This document shows positions 38,915 to 52,729 of a stretch of 64,000 nt of DNA, in pieces. Under the pieces are notes generated by a model that saw only the letters and a program-made list of their open reading frames with translations, made no database searches and was not told the DNA's origin. Both the position numbers and the translations under genes were made by a program. Each line of letters begins with the position of its first letter. Position 1 is the stretch's first letter. This stretch comes from Eukaryota sp. TZLM1-RC (lineage: Eukaryota; Protista; Metamonada: BaSk clade). Location of the stretch: the NCBI GenBank assembly GCA_040285825.1, contig JAUPSS010000003.1, forward strand, positions 2,108,001-2,172,000, written 5' to 3'.

Positions 38915-41900
38915 ATTTTTTTTTTAAATTTAATTTTATTCTAAACCTCCAATTTATTGAATTTGCACACTTGATTAAATTAAATCATAACTAATGGGAC
39001 GACTATCAAACCTATTCTAAACCTATAAATCAACATCTAAAAAATCCATCTCTCCCAAAACAAAAACACTAGATGCAACTCTCTCATAGTGAGATCCAAG
39101 AGAAAGCAAAGCATCAGAAACCATCTTCAACATCCCCTTAAAAATAGAAAACACAATTCTATTTTGCCAAAACAATCTGTTGAAATTTCTGCCAGTTCTT
39201 CTCTTTACAATCATTTCAAAATCATCCAAAAAACGTAAAGCAGTTGGTGCAAGTGAACCAAAAAGATAAATACAAATGGATACAAATTGTATTTTGCATG
39301 CTGTAGACTGGCCAATTTGGACAAAGGTTCATTGTATTTTTTGAATTTAAAATTTTCAGCATTTGAAAGGGGATTATGAATTTCAGAATTAACAAGCCTT
39401 TCATTTGAGGCATTACAAGGATCAACAGACATTACATCCAATAAAATGAAGCTTCCATCTAATCCAGGTAATATGACATCACCTCTATTATTCTTATGAA
39501 AATCATTTTCAGCATCAAACAAATTTGACAACAGAGGTTCCAAGAAGGATTCAATTCTATGAGATTTACACATACAATATAACTGGTCTCTTACAGCATC
39601 ATGAACCTTGCTTCTAAAAGTGATAAAATGTTTACAATTTAACAAATGAGTAGTTGTAATTTCTCGAGAACATTTACAAATTAAATTATGAGGTAAATTA
39701 TTAGGCCAAATAAAGGAACGAAATCTCATATTTAGAGTCCAAGCAGAGTCGGTTAAGAGAGTACCATAAACTTGGGGAATTGTTGTTACTAAGGCAGAAG
39801 AAGTACAGTCACACATATCTTGTAAAAGATTTGCAAAAGCGGGATTCTTTTTCTTGGCCAAGCCAAGTCTAACATCAAAATCCAAGCTTTCAAAAATCTT
39901 TGACAATTTTTGTTGAAGCTTTTTACAGCAAAACTGTAAATTAAAAAGAGATCGGTTTGGAATTTCTTGAATTGATTGAGGAAAACATTTGGTCCAAATT
40001 TGTGGCGGCAATTTTTCAAGTTCACAAGATAACTCATACAAATAAGGACTGCAATTGGGAACTAACAGATGAGAATCATCAGGAAATCTACGAGAAAATT
40101 CAAAAATAAAATTTTTGCCACCACCCAAGAATGCTGATTGACACAAAATTGAAGATTTAGTAAATCCAATACCCCCCAAATTTGCTGAAGAAAATAAGTG
40201 ACTTTTCAACATTCCTGGTTCTACATCCAATAAATCAGCAAAAAATTCTGTTCTCAATGAATTGAATGAACGACAAAAATCTAATGCTATGGAAGGAGCA
40301 CAAGATCTCAAAAAGTGGGTTATTCTCCCAGTGTAGCAAATTTTAAGCATGAAAAATTTAATATGCCTTTCTATATCTAAAGAAGAAATTGAATCAAGTT
40401 CAATTTTCATTTTTTCCAAAATAACTTGCAATTCATTCTGAATTTGAAGCACATTTCCTAACCAACAACCAAGGAACTTAAAAGCATCACTACTATAATT
40501 AGTAAAAGGGACAATAGAATCGTTTATCACGAGGTCTTGAGCAGAAGAGCCAATCAGAAGGCATTTGCTGGCATTAAGATGAAGCCCAATATTTTCATAT
40601 GAATCGGCAATTTCTTGAGCATCCAATTCTAGTAAATCAAATGAACCAATCAAGGATATATCATCCATATAAGCAACTATTTTTATAGAAGGGTATTTTT
40701 GCTTAATGATATTTAAAGTTTTGTGAATAGCTAAACAAAACAATAATGGGCCTAAAGGATCTCCCTGCTTCACTCCAGAAGATGATTTAAGACCAAATGA
40801 ATTAAAAATTAAATCTGATTCTTTCCCATAAAAATGGTAGAAAAAACTCGATAGCTCAGGAAAATCAGACTTAATAACTTCAAAAATTGCTTCTCGCTTT
40901 ACAGAATTAAAAGCATTTTTAAAGTCGAGATTAAAAATAAAATTATTTTCCTCTGCATTAAAAAAGGTATCAGAGGCAATAGCAGCAACAGAAGCACCAT
41001 CAATTGTTTTGATTCCAAATTGATGAGGATTCAAAAATGTAGAAGCTTTGTCTTTGACACGATCGAAAACAATTGATGCCAGCAAACGAGAAAGAGATTC
41101 ACCAACAGCAATTGGGCGTATTCCATCAGGTTTGATTCCGTTTCCAGGCTTTACTAAAGCAATCAGACGTGCAGCGAGTAATTCAAATGGAGGATTAATT
41201 TTCAAAACAATTAATTGTTGAAAATAATGGGCTAGATCATCAGGAATTTCGGGAGCACTGGAACACGCTATTTTTAAGAGATCAAAAGAAATTCCAGATG
41301 GGCCTGCTGCTTTCCCCTTTGGTAATTTTTGAATAGCTTTAAGAACTTCAATTGCAGTAATAGGATTTTTAAATTTTTTTTTTCGAATTAGAGAAGCTTT
41401 AGCTAGACAGCAAGCAAATCAAGATTTTGTAGAGGAAATCTTGGTTTAATGATAGTCGTCCCATTAGTTATGATTTAATTTAATCAAGTGTGCAAATTCA
41501 ATAAATTAAATTATGTTTAATATAGTAATAGGATTTTCAATCCAAAAAGGACACACATCAGGCTTGCTGCACTTGAAATTTTCTTGAGGATGCAACTTTT
41601 GAAGTTTTTCAAGGGTATCAGAGTTTGCATCAGCCAAAGAAGAGGAAAACAAGGACTGCTTTGCGGCACCATAACGACCACGTAAGCACAATTTTCGGCA
41701 AATTTTTGATTTTACAATTTTTCTATTTCCAAATTTTTTCTTAAAACAATTTTTGTTTTTTCGAGCAAAATATTTCCAGAAGGATGAAATATTCCACTTA
41801 TTATTTTTCAATTCAGAAGTAAAATTTCTCATTGCCATTGAGAAGGGGATTGTGCTGGCGGGACTAATTTCTACTGGGATCCGGATCATGGGTCTTACGG

Positions 41901-42644
41901 TATCAACGGCTTTACAATTCGTACAAAACAGAAGTTTTCGACCATTTCTTGAATCTGTAACATCTTTTTTGCAAAATGGACAACAAAAATTACTGTTTTC
42001 AGAAGGGGAAGAAGAGTGAGCACTAGAAGCATTTAAATGTTGATCGTCAGAAACATTATTTTCAGCACCTTTCACAACGGCATCAGCTGGAACAGAACAT
42101 TCGAGAATTTGTTGAGCAGATTTTAATTCAATTTCTCTTTTTTGTTTTTCAGGGCACGTTCTCGAATTATGACCACTGATACCACAAATCGAACATTTTT
42201 TAGAACTTTTTAATGGCAGTGGTTTCATTTTTTCAGTTCTTTCTATTTTGTCAATTTGTGAGTTAAAAGTAGAAATAGACTTTTGACTTTTTCCAGTTTC
42301 AGCTGGAGAAAACAAATTTCGAGAAACGGAGTTGTTAATGGAACGCGCAACAGAAGGTAAGGAACGTAATGGTGGTTTTTGTGTGTTTTTTCTGGTACAA
42401 TGATCAGTTTTTGAATGAAAATTTTTTTGAGATGAATTTCGAGCATAGCTTGCATTGTGGGGAGAGTGGTTGAGTGAAGGAGATGAGCTTGTTCTGACTG
42501 GTAGAATCTTTGCTTGGGCGTTCCAATCAGTATCAGAGTCACTATCAGCCAAAGGCATCGTTTTGACAGAGAAACAGTACGACTTTGACGCCTTGACAGA
42601 AAGTGAAATATGAAAGGGTTGACTAAGGGAGGGAGAAAAAAAAA
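38915..42644 (-). mobile_element. Full-length family A element with C-tail insertions at ~38950-39008 and 41370-41523
   Basis: ORFs 39211..41205 and 41506..42729; TSD agtaataggatttt at 41356-41369 and 41524-41537. Confidence 0.9.
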
Positions 42645-42904
42645 CTTCGCACAAGTGGTTCAACAAAAGCTTCAATGTGATGACTTTTGCACATAGCGTA
42701 TAGTTGGTCTCTAACAGCATCGTGAACAACTGAACGATATGTAATATTAAATTTGGAATTAAATAAATGATTCAGATTGATGAGCTGACCACAACGACAA
42801 ATCAAATCATTTGGCACACTACATGGCCACAGAAAACACCTCATCCTGAAGGCAGTTGTCCATTGATAGACCATTTACATTTGGAATCTAGGAAATAAGA
42901 CAAC
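42645..42904 (-). mobile_element. Family D zinc-finger fragment (repeated at ~46391-46651)
   Basis: RCFLWPCSVPNDLICRCGQ..HDAVRDQLYAMCK; matches the longer D piece at 54886-55585. Confidence 0.8.
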
Positions 42905-45900
42905 TTTTTTTTGACCAAAATTTTAATTTTATTCAAAACCTATAAATCAACATCTACAAAATCCATCTCTCCCAGAACGAAAACACTGGATGCAACTTTC
43001 TTATAGTGAGATCCAAGAGAAAGCAAAGCATCAGAAACCATCTTCGACATCCCCTTAAAAATAGAAAACACAATTCTATTTAGCCAAAACAATCTGTTGA
43101 AATTTTTGCCAGTTCTTCTCTTTACAATCATTTCAAAATCATCCAAAATACGTAGAGCAGTTGGTGAAAGTGAACCAAAAAGGGAAAATACAAATGGATA
43201 CAAATTGTATTTTGCATGCTGTAGACTGGCCAATTTGGACAAAGGTTCATTGTATTTTTTGAGTTTGAAATTTTCAGCATTTGAAAGAGGATTATGAATT
43301 TCAGAATTAACAAGCCTTTCATTTGAGGCATTACAAGGATCAACAGACATTACATCCAATAAAATGAAACTTCCATCTAATCCAGGTAATATAACATCAC
43401 CTCTATTATTCTTATGAAAATCATCTTCAGCATCAAACAGATTTGACAACAGAGGTTCCAAGAAGGATTCAATTCTATGAGATTTACACATACAATATAA
43501 CTGGTCTCTTACAGCATCATGAACCTTGCTTCTAAAAGTAATAAAATGTTTACAATTTAACAAATGAGTAGTTGTAATTTCTCGAGAACATTTACAAATT
43601 AAATTATGAGGTAAATTATCAGGCCAGATAAAGGAACGAAATCTCATATTCAGAGTCCAAGCAGAATCGGATAAGAGAGTACCATAAACTTGTGGAATTG
43701 TTGTTACTAAGGCAGAAGAAGTACAGTCACACATATATTGTAAAAGATTTGCAAAAGCGGGATTCTTTTTCTTGGCCAAGCCAAGTCTAACATCAAAATC
43801 CAAGCTTTCAAAAATCTTTGACAATTTTTGTTGAAGCTTTTTACAGCAAAACTGTAAATTAAAAAGAGATCGGTTTGGAATTTCTTGAATTGATTGAGGA
43901 AAACATTTGGTCCAAATTTGTGGCGGCAATTCTTCAAGTTCACAAGATAACTCATACAAATGAGGACTGCAATTGGGAACTAACAGATGAGAATCATCAG
44001 GAAATCTACGAGAAAATTCAAAAATAAAATTTTTGCCACCACCCAAGAATGCTGATTGACACAAAATTGAGGATTTAGTAAATCATATACCACCCAAATT
44101 TGCTGAAGAAAATAAATGGCTTTTCAACATTCCTGGTTCTACATCCAATAAATCGGCAAAAAATTCTGTTCTCAATGAATTAAAAGAACGACAAAAATCT
44201 AATGCTATGGAAGGAGCACAAGATCTCAAAATGTGGATTATTCTCCCAGTGTAGCAAATTTTAAGCATGAAAAATTTAATACGTTTTTCTATATCTAAAG
44301 AAGAAATTGAATCAAGTTCAATTTTCATTTTTTCCAAAATAACTTGTAATTCATTCTGAATTCGAGGCACGTTTCCTAACCAACAACCAATTAACTTAAA
44401 AGCATCACTACTATAATTAGTAAAAAGGACAATAGAATCATTTATCACGAGATCTTGAGCAGAAGAGCCAATGAGAAGGCATTTGCTCGCATTAAGATGA
44501 AGCCCAATATTTTCATATGAATCGGCAATTTCTTGAGCAACCAATTCTAGTAAATCAAATGAACCAATCAAGGATATATCATCCATATAAGCAACTATTT
44601 TTATAGAAGGGTATTTTTGCTTAATGATATTTAAAGTTTTGTGAATAGCTAAACAAAACAATAACGGGCCTAAAGGATCACCTTGCTTCACACCAGAAAA
44701 TGATTTAAGACCAAATGAATTAAAAATTAAATCTGATTCTTTCCCATAAAAATGGAAGAAAAAACTCGATAGCTCAGGAAAATCAGACTTAATAACTTCA
44801 AAAATTGCTTCTCGCTTTACAGAATTAAAAGCATTTTTAAAGTCGAGATTAAAAATAAAATTATTTCCCTCTGCATTAAAAAAGGTATCAGAGGCAATAG
44901 CAGCAACAGAAGCACCATCAATTGTTTTAATTCCAAATTGATGAGGATTCAAAAATGTAGAAGCTTTGTCTTTGACACGATCGAAAACAATTGATGCCAG
45001 CAAACGAGAAAGAGATTCACCAACAGCAATTGGGCGTATTCCATCAGGTGTGATTCCGTTTCCAGGCTTTACTAAAGCAATCAGACGTGCAGCGAGTAAT
45101 TCAAATGGAGGATTAATTTTCAAAACAATTAATTGTTGAAAATAATGGGCTAGATCATCAGGAATTTCGGGAGCACTGGAACACGCTATTTTTAAGAGAT
45201 CAAAAGAAATTCCAGATGGGCCTGCTGCTTTCCCCTTTGGTAATTTTTGAATAGCTTTAAGAACTTCAATTGCAGTAATAGGATTTTCAATCCAAAAAGG
45301 ACACACATCAGGCTTGCTGCACTTGAAATTTTTTGAGGATGCAACTTTTGAAGTTTTTCAAGGGTATCAGAGTTTGCATCAGCCAAAGAAGAGAAAAACA
45401 AGGACTGCTTTGCGGCACCATAACGACCACGTAAGCACAATTTTCGGCAAATTTTTGATTTTACAATTTTTCTATTTCCAAATTTTTTCTTAAAACAATT
45501 TTTGTTTTTTCGAGCAAAATATTTCCAGAAGGATGAAATATTCCACTTATTATTTTTCGATTCAGAAGTAAAATTTCTCATTTCCATTGAGAAGGGGATT
45601 GTGCTGGCGGGACTAATTTCTACTGGGATCCGGATCAGGGGTCTTACGGTATCAACGGCTTTACAATTCGTACAAAACAGAAGTTTTCGACCATTTCTTG
45701 AATCTGTAACATCTTTTTTGCAAAATGGACAACAAAAATTACTGTTTTCAGAAGGGGAAGAAGAGTGAGCACTAGAAGCATTTAAATGTTGATAGTCAGA
45801 AACATTATTTTCAGCACCTTTCACAACGGCATCAGCTGGAACAGTACATTCGAGAATTTGTTGAGCAGATTTTAATTCAATTTCTCTTTTTTGTTTTTCA

Positions 45901-46390
45901 GGGCACGTTCTCGAATTATGACCACTGATACCACAAATCGAACATTTTTTAGAACCTTTTAATGGTAAAGGTTTTATTTTTTCTGTTATTTCTATTTTGT
46001 CAATTGGTGAGTTAAAAGTAGAAATAGATTTTTGACTTTTTCCAATTTCAGCTTCAGCAAACAAATTTCGAGAAAAGGAGTTGTCAATGGAACGCGCAAC
46101 AGAACGTAAGGAACGTAATGGTGGTTTTTGTGTGTTTTTTCTGGTACAATGATCAGTTTTTGAATGAAAATTTTTTTGAGATGAATTTCGAGCATAGCTT
46201 GCATCGTGGGGAGAGTGGTTGAGTGAAGGAGATGAGCTTGTTCTGACTGGTAGAATCTTTGCTTGGGCGTTCCAATCAGTATCAGAGTCACTATCAGCCA
46301 AAGGCATCGTTTTGACAGAGAAACAGTACGACTTTGACGCCTTGACAGAAAGTGAAATATGAAAGGGTTGACTAAGGGAGGGAGAAAAAA
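42905..46390 (-). mobile_element. Full-length family A element (two frame breaks)
   Basis: ORFs 45192..46307, 44083..45306 and 42940..44064 are colinear; 5' T-run and 3' A-tail. Confidence 0.92.
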
Positions 46391-48105
46391 ATTTCGCACA
46401 AGTGGTTCAACAAAAGCTTCAATGTGATGACTTTTGCACATAGCGTATAGTTGGTCTCTAACAGCATCGTGAACAACTGAACGATATGTAATATTAAATT
46501 TGGAATTAAATAAATGATTCAGATTGATGAGCTGACCACAACGACAAATCAAATCATTTGGCACACTACATGGCCACAGAAAACACCTCATCCTGAAGGC
46601 AGTTGTCCATTAATAGACCATTTACATTTGGAATCTGGGAAATAAGACAACTTTTTTTTGACCAAAATTTTAATTTTATTCAAAACCTATAAATCAACAT
46701 CTACAAAATCCATCTCTCCCAGAACAAAAACACTAGATGCAACTTTCTCATAGTGAGATCCAAGAGAAAGCAAAGCATCAGAAACCATCTTCGACATCCC
46801 CTTAAAAATAGAAAACACAATTCTATTTTGCCAAAACAATCTGTTGAAATTTTTGCCAGTTCTTCTCTTTACAATCATTTCAAAATCATCCAAAATACGT
46901 AGAGCAGTTGGTGCAAGTGAACCAAAAAGGGAAAATACAAATGGATACAAATTCTATTTTGCATGCTGTAGACTGGCCAATTTGGACAAAGGTTCATTGT
47001 ATTTTTTGAATTTAAAGTTTTCAGCATTTAAAAGAGGATTATGAATTTCAGAATTAACAAGCCTTTCATTTGAGGCATTACAAGGATCAACAGACATTAC
47101 ATCCAATAAAATGAAGCTTCCATCTAATCCAGGTAATATAACATCACCTCTATTATTCTTATAAAAATCATCTTCAGCATCAAACAGATTTGACAACAGA
47201 GGTTCCAAGAAGGATTCAATTCTATGAGATTTACACATACAATATAACTGGTCTCTTACAGCATCATGTACCTTACTTCTAAAAGTAATAAAATGTTTAC
47301 AATTTAACAAATGAGTAGTTGTAATTTCTCGAGAACATTTACAAATTAAATTATGAGGTAAATTATCAGGCCAGATAAAGGAACGAAATCTCATATTCAG
47401 AGTCCAAGCAGAATCGGATAAGAGAGTACCATAAACTTGTGGAATTGTTGTTACTAAGGCAGAAGAAGTACAGTCACACATATCTTGTAAAAGATTTGTA
47501 AAAGCGGGATTCTTTTTCTTGGCCAAGCCAAGTCTAACATCAAAATCCAAGCTTTCAAAAATCTTTGACAATTTTTGTTGAAGCTTTTTACAGCAAAACT
47601 GTAAATTAAAAAGAGATCGGTTTGGAATTTCTTGAATTGATTGAGGAAAACATTTGGTCCAAATTTGTGGCGGCAATTTTTCAAGTTCACAAGATAACTC
47701 ATACAAATAAGGACTGCAATTGGGAACTAACAGATGAGAATCATCAGGAAATCTACGAGAAAATTCATAAATAAAATTTTTGCCACCACCCAAGAATGCT
47801 GATTGACACAAAATTAAAGATTTAGTAAATCCAATACCACCCAAATTTGCTGAAGAAAATAAGTGACTTTTCAACATTCCTGGTTCTACATCCAATAAAT
47901 CAGCAAAAAATTCTGTTCTCAATGAATTAAAAGAACGACAAAAATCTAATGCTATGGAAGGAGCACAAGATCTCAAAATGTGGGTTATTCTCCCATTGTA
48001 GCAAATTTTAAGCATGAAAAATTTAATATGTTTTTTTGAGGTTTACAATTTTCAGGAATATCGGTTGAATCCAATTCTAGACCTCTACAATTCTAGACCT
48101 TTCTT

Positions 48106-48906
48106 ATGGGGCTATCTTTTGACCTTCTTTTGACATCTCCTGACCTTAAGTCACTGTCTGTACGCCCCACAGAAGACACCAAAGTAAGAGTTGTGTACAC
48201 CTATCTTTATCTTGGTTGTACACAAAGACAAACAGCTGAACTATTTTCAGTTTCACAATCATCCATCAGTAAATGGGTGAGCTACTATCTAACCCTCAAA
48301 ACACGGCAGGAGAAGATACTTGCCGATCTTTATGTTAGTGAGGAGGAATCTGCTGATGAAGACTGCCTATCACATGATTCTCGGTGTATCTTGACATCTG
48401 AAGAAGAAGAGGAACTACTAGCTTTCGTTGAAAAGGATCCGCTTTCTTTCTTACGAGAAATCCGTTCTTTCGTCCGCTCTAAGTTTAATAAAACCATTTC
48501 CATAACAACTGTTCACAGAATACTTGTTAGACATGGGTACTCATACAAAAAGTGCCAAAATCTTGTCCGAAGGGCGAAGTTGTTGCTTATAACAAAGTTT
48601 GAGACTAATTATATGCTTGACATTGGACTTGTACTACATCATCAACTGGTTTTTATTGATGAACTTTCGTTTAAAACACAAGTCAATGCTCGTTCCTATG
48701 GTCGTTCTCCCAAAGGACAATCCATATACACTGTACAACCTGAGATGCTACAGGTCCAAGTAAGTGCTTTACACTGTGCTTTGAAAGGTTTGGTTGACTT
48801 TGACTGTCGAGGATTTTTTAATCACTGTGGATGGATAGATCTACGAAATGTCGATTCTCCTTATTCAAGGCCTGGTTCCAAGTTGTTAGATGCATTAACT
48901 GACTAG
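48106..48906 (+). pseudogene. Truncated Tc1/IS630-like transposase (copy inside the retroelement array)
   Basis: Two HTH-like segments (QRQTAELFSVSQSSISKWV; LREIR..ISITTVHRIL..GYSYKK) and LVFIDE..YGRSPKG; no later DDE residues seen. Confidence 0.85.
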
Positions 48907-49307
48907 ACAATATGTTGTTTTATATAAAGTTTTTCGCAAATGTTGATCTTTGAAACGGTTATTGATTACTGGTGAGAGTCTTGGACATTCGAAATAGAAG
49001 CAAAAAGCAACGTCAACAGGCCGAGGAACATAAGAAGACAAGGGGAAAAGCGAAATAACGGCAGAAGGGGCTTCATTAACTATGTCAGATGCCAGTTTTT
49101 CTGGACTTGATGTATTAACTGTTGATGGAGAAGTTTGCCGAGCATTCGAAAAGTTGAATGAATCATCAAAAGTGAGAGGAAAAGGTGGTAATGAAGAAGG
49201 ACCAAACATAGATAAGGAGGTCGAAAATTTCTGATTATTCTTTAGAAGTGAAAATCACAATTCTATATCTAAAGAAAAAATTGAATCAAGTTCAATTTTC
49301 ATTTTTT

Positions 49308-52300
49308 TTTCTCCCTCCCTCAGTCAACCCTCTCATATTTCACTTTCTGTCACGGCGTCAAAGTCGTACTGTGTCTTTGCCAAAACGATGCCAGTGACTG
49401 ACAGTGACTCTGATACTGATTGGAACGCCCAAGCAAAGATTCTACCCATCAGATCAAGCTCATCCCCTTCACTTCTCCACTCTCACCACCCTTCAAGCTA
49501 TGCTCGAAATTCTTCTCAAAAAAATTTGAAAATTTTTAAAAAAGATTTTTTGCCTTTGTGTGATGCCCCTGATATTATGTCTGAAAAAGTGCAAAAAAGA
49601 AGACAAACCTGTTCCAAATGTGGCAAGGTTGGTCATAACATTAGAAAATGTCCTGATATTATTACCGAAAAAATGAGACTGAAAACCAATATTTCTATTG
49701 TTAAAGTTTGCAAACGCCATCCGAACTGAATCTTCCTCCTGTTCCCAATGTTTCTGCTGATGATGTTAATTATGATTTAAATATTGATCAAACTCATTTA
49801 CCAAAAACTGTTGCTCCTGATCCTATGGATAATGTCTTGAAACATAATTGTCCTTTTTGCAAAAAGTTCCTCTCTAATTCTTCTAATAATAGCCCTCTCT
49901 TGTTTTATTTTGACTGTCAAACAAGTGATTCTCTTCGTGCACCTGTTAAAATTCCTGTAGAGGTGAGTCCTGCCAGTTCTGTTCCTATGTCAATGGAAAT
50001 GCGTTCTTTTTCTTCGCAATTGAAATTGAACAAATGTAACATAACAAGATTTTGGAAATTCTTTGCCAAAAAGAATAAGAAGAAAATTAATTACAAACCA
50101 AAACAGAGAAAAGCTAATTCATCTTTTCAAGCAAGAAAATTGTTTTTGAGAGGTAGATATGGAAGCGGATTAAAAAATATTTTTTCGGGAAAACTGGCTG
50201 ATACCAATCTCGAAACTGTTGAAAAATTGAAATCCCTCCATCCAACTGAACATTTTTGCCCCAGTAAGCCTTCTATTTGTCAATATTGGCTCGAAAATCC
50301 ATTTCAGGCTCAAGAAGTATTGTATGCCGTTGCTAAATTACCAAAAGGAAAAGCTGCTGGTCCTTCAGGCATTTCCTTTGATTTGTTAAAAACTGCCTGT
50401 AAAAATGCTCCTGAAATTGTTGAGGATCTTGCTTCCTATTTTCAAAATTTAATGTGTTTAAATTATGTTCCTCCGCCTGAATTGACTGCTGCCTGTTTAG
50501 TTGCTTTAGTTAAACCTGGTAAAGGTGACAAACCTGATGGAGTTAGACCAATTGCTATTGGAGAGTCATTAACCAGATTGCTTTCTTCGCTTATTTTTAA
50601 CAGAATTTCTACTAAAGCAAGGGACTATTTGAAGCCTTTCCAATTTGGTATAAAAACTGGTGAAGGTGCTTCTGTTGCTTCAATGACTTCAGATGTTTTT
50701 TTCAATAGTCAACAACATCAATATATTTTCAATTTGGATTTCAAAAATGCTTTCAATTCTGTGAAAGGTAATTGTATTTTTGATGTGCTTCTTCATGATT
50801 TTCCTGAAATTTCTGCATATTTTTATTTATTTTATGGAAAAAAATCAGACTTAATTTTTGACTCCTTTACCCTTGAATCTTCTTCTGGTGTGAAACAAGG
50901 TGATCCTCTTGGCCCTTTGCTGATTTGTTTGGCTATTCATAATATTATTAAAATGACACAACAAGATTTCTTTGATCTGCGTATTGTTGCCTATATGGAT
51001 GACATTTCTATTATTGGTTCTTTTTTTTACAATATTGGTTCTTTTGAAAGCATTTCTAGGGTCTCTGAAAACATTGCGGCGAAATACAAAGAAATTGGAT
51101 TAGCTTTGAACCCATCTAAATGTCTCTTGATTGGTAGAGAAAAACAATCTTTGATGATTGGTGGAGCTCAGATTCCTTTTATCAATTATGACCAACAAGC
51201 TTTTAAGTTTCTTGGATGTTGGCTTGGCAATTTGGATGAAATTTATTCCCAGTTAAACAATTTATTGGAGAAGTTTGACAAGGATCTTAGTTTTATTGCT
51301 GAATGTGACATTGAGAAACACATCAAATTTTTTTATTTTAAAAATTTGTTATTCTGGAAAATTCACTCATATTTTAAGGTCAACTCCCCTTCGGTATCTC
51401 TCAATTTTTGCAGATCTTTTAACAAACTTCGAGTCAAATTTTTTTCTTTTTTTATTAGAAGTAAATGAATCTTTAATTCGAAGTCATGTATTTTGTTCAG
51501 CAGATTTGGGTGGCATTGGATTCACCAAATCTTCGATTCTGTGTAAAGCAGCATTTTTGGGAGGTGGTAAAAATTTTGTTTTTGAATTTTTCCAAAGGTT
51601 CCCTTTTGATGTTCATCTGATCAATGGTGAATCAAATTTTTATTTGAATCAACTTCAAATCGAATTAGATAATTTGCCTAGTGATATCTGGATTCAGTGT
51701 TTTCCTCAAAATGTTCAAGAAATTCCCACCCGATCACTTCCAAATTTACGTTTTTGCTTGAAAAAGCTTCAGCACCATCTGGTTAAATTATATGAAGGCT
51801 TGGATTATGAAGTAAGACTTGGCTTGGCCAAAACTAAAAATCCCGCTTTCGGTAATTTTTTAAAGGATATTCGTGATAGTTCAGCTGCTGCTTTAGTAAC
51901 TCAAGTTCCCTCTGTTTATGGACTTTTGTTAAAAGACAATGAATGGCTTCTAAACATGCGTTTTCGTTGTTTTCTGTGGCCAAACAATTTGCCCAATCAT
52001 TTAACTTGTAAATGTGGTAAACCTCTTTTGTTTACTCATCTTTTGAACTGTAAACATTTCATTATGTTTAGAAGCAAAGTGCATAATAACGTCAGGGACC
52101 AAATTTATGTAATGTGCAAATCATATCGAGTAGATTTTTTTAGAACCGCTGTTATCAAAATTAATTCTTGATGATCCCAATATTGATAGTACACGTTACA
52201 ACAGAGCTTCTATGGGTCTGACTAGAGGTGATCTAGTTGTTCCTGGTTTAAATGGTAGTTTTACTATTTTGGACGCCATGTCTATTGACCCTTGTAATTC

Positions 52301-52729
52301 CTCTAACGAACATTTCATTAACTCGGATGTAAATAATCCTCTTCTTGCAGGCGAAAAATATAAAATTGCTAAATATGCGAAACCCATTTCCTCGGTTAAT
52401 GAAAATTCTCATGCCCAATATAATTTATGTCCATTTGTTTTTTCTTTGCTTGGATCTCTAGGTAAGGCTGCTATGGCTTTCCTTGAGGATTTTGTTGTAG
52501 TAGTAAAGGAAAGAACTGGAAGAATTTTCAATCGTGTTTACTGGCAAAACAGGATTGTATTTTCTATTTTTAAGGGATTGGTAACACTAATTTCTGATTC
52601 ACTATCTTCTTTTGGGAAATTTTCTGAATCTTTAGCGATTAATTGTTTTGATGTAGGGGAGGCAGGTTTTGAGGATGTGGAGTTTTAATTGTGTATTTCA
52701 TATTTGTTGTTGAATAAAAATAAATAATT
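49308..52729 (+). mobile_element. Full-length family B element with TSD aattttcatttttt
   Basis: ATG 49388, knuckle CSKCGKVGHNIRKC, RT 49708..51468, stop 52688; TSD 49294-49307 and 52730-52743. Confidence 0.92.
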
